From assembly GCA_963662315.1 (NCBI GenBank), contig OY759353.1:4384001-4448000 (forward strand): a stretch of 64,000 bases of DNA. Direction: 5' to 3'. The DNA is from Geopsychrobacteraceae bacterium (lineage in GTDB: Bacteria; Desulfobacterota; Desulfuromonadia; Desulfuromonadales; Geopsychrobacteraceae). A program made the position numbers and the translations under genes. This document shows, piece after piece, positions 63,721 through 64,000 of the stretch (its first letter is position 1; the number at the start of each line of letters is the position of its first letter). Under the pieces are notes generated by a model, which saw nothing but the letters and a program-made list of their open reading frames with translations, ran no database searches and was not told the DNA's origin.

Positions 63721-64000
63721 TGGCTTGTTCCTTCTCTTGCTTATCGAGCTTCATCTTCTCGATTTGTTCTTTATAGGTCAGCAGGTGACGCAACAGGTGC
63801 AGAACCACCAGGAAGACCAGCATGATACAGGTCGCGAAAAAGAATCCCTTGTTGATCGCCGGAAACGGGGGGTCAAGTGCGCTACCGGAGGTCTGCATAC
63901 GAAAGGTGCCGAAGGGGGAGAAGAAGGCATCTTTAGCAGATAAAAACGCACCGTAGGTCATCATCAAAGAAAAAACCAGGGTGCAAATTTCCACAAACAG
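63713..64000 (-). CDS. dctQ: TRAP transporter small permease (3' part, runs off the window)
   Basis: Hydrophobic ORF overlapping the dctM start. Confidence 0.7.
   Translation of the reverse strand: MFVEICTLVFSLMMTYGAFLSAKDAFFSPFGTFRMQTSGSALDPPFPAINKGFFFATCIMLVFLVVLHLLRHLLTYKEQIEKMKLDKQEKEQANA

Noticed and set aside
62767..63825. 352-aa plus-strand ORF and similar long antisense ORFs elsewhere
   Set aside because: Shadow frames of well-supported genes on the opposite strand, with no recognisable motifs

Overview
Bacterial chromosomal window, probably Desulfuromonadales (inferred from a GSU3473-family gene, rubrerythrin, a c-type cytochrome and a selenoprotein). About 1-28.6 kb and 57-64 kb are mostly ordinary metabolic, transport and signalling genes. 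These include glgP, a ClC channel, an MCP, two hybrid kinases, a NuoE/F/G-like trio with no catalytic subunit, an unannotated CxxU selenoprotein, a circularly permuted ATP-grasp operon and a TRAP transporter. Two accessory blocks sit downstream of tRNA-Thr(CGT). Block 1 is a 9.3-kb integrative element (47393-56699) bounded by a 52-bp duplication of the tRNA 3' end. It carries a tyrosine integrase, a serine resolvase, an HUH rolling-circle Rep, an excisionase-like gene and a type V-B CRISPR system (cas12b, tracrRNA-like RNA, 9-repeat array) without cas1/cas2/cas4. cas12b has one in-frame TAG and the integrase has a frameshift in a GGGCT repeat. Block 2 is an approximately 18-kb lasso-peptide cluster (about 29.4-46.7 kb) with RRE, peptidase, cyclase, HPr-like kinase, sulfotransferase, CysDNC, ATP-grasp, nucleotidyltransferase, ABC exporter and a Wzz-like gene. 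Its two precursor genes are absent from the ORF track; each lies next to a reverse-transcriptase fragment in a tandem duplication, and one copy carries an IS4 insertion. All calls come from reading the sequence; no database searches were run.
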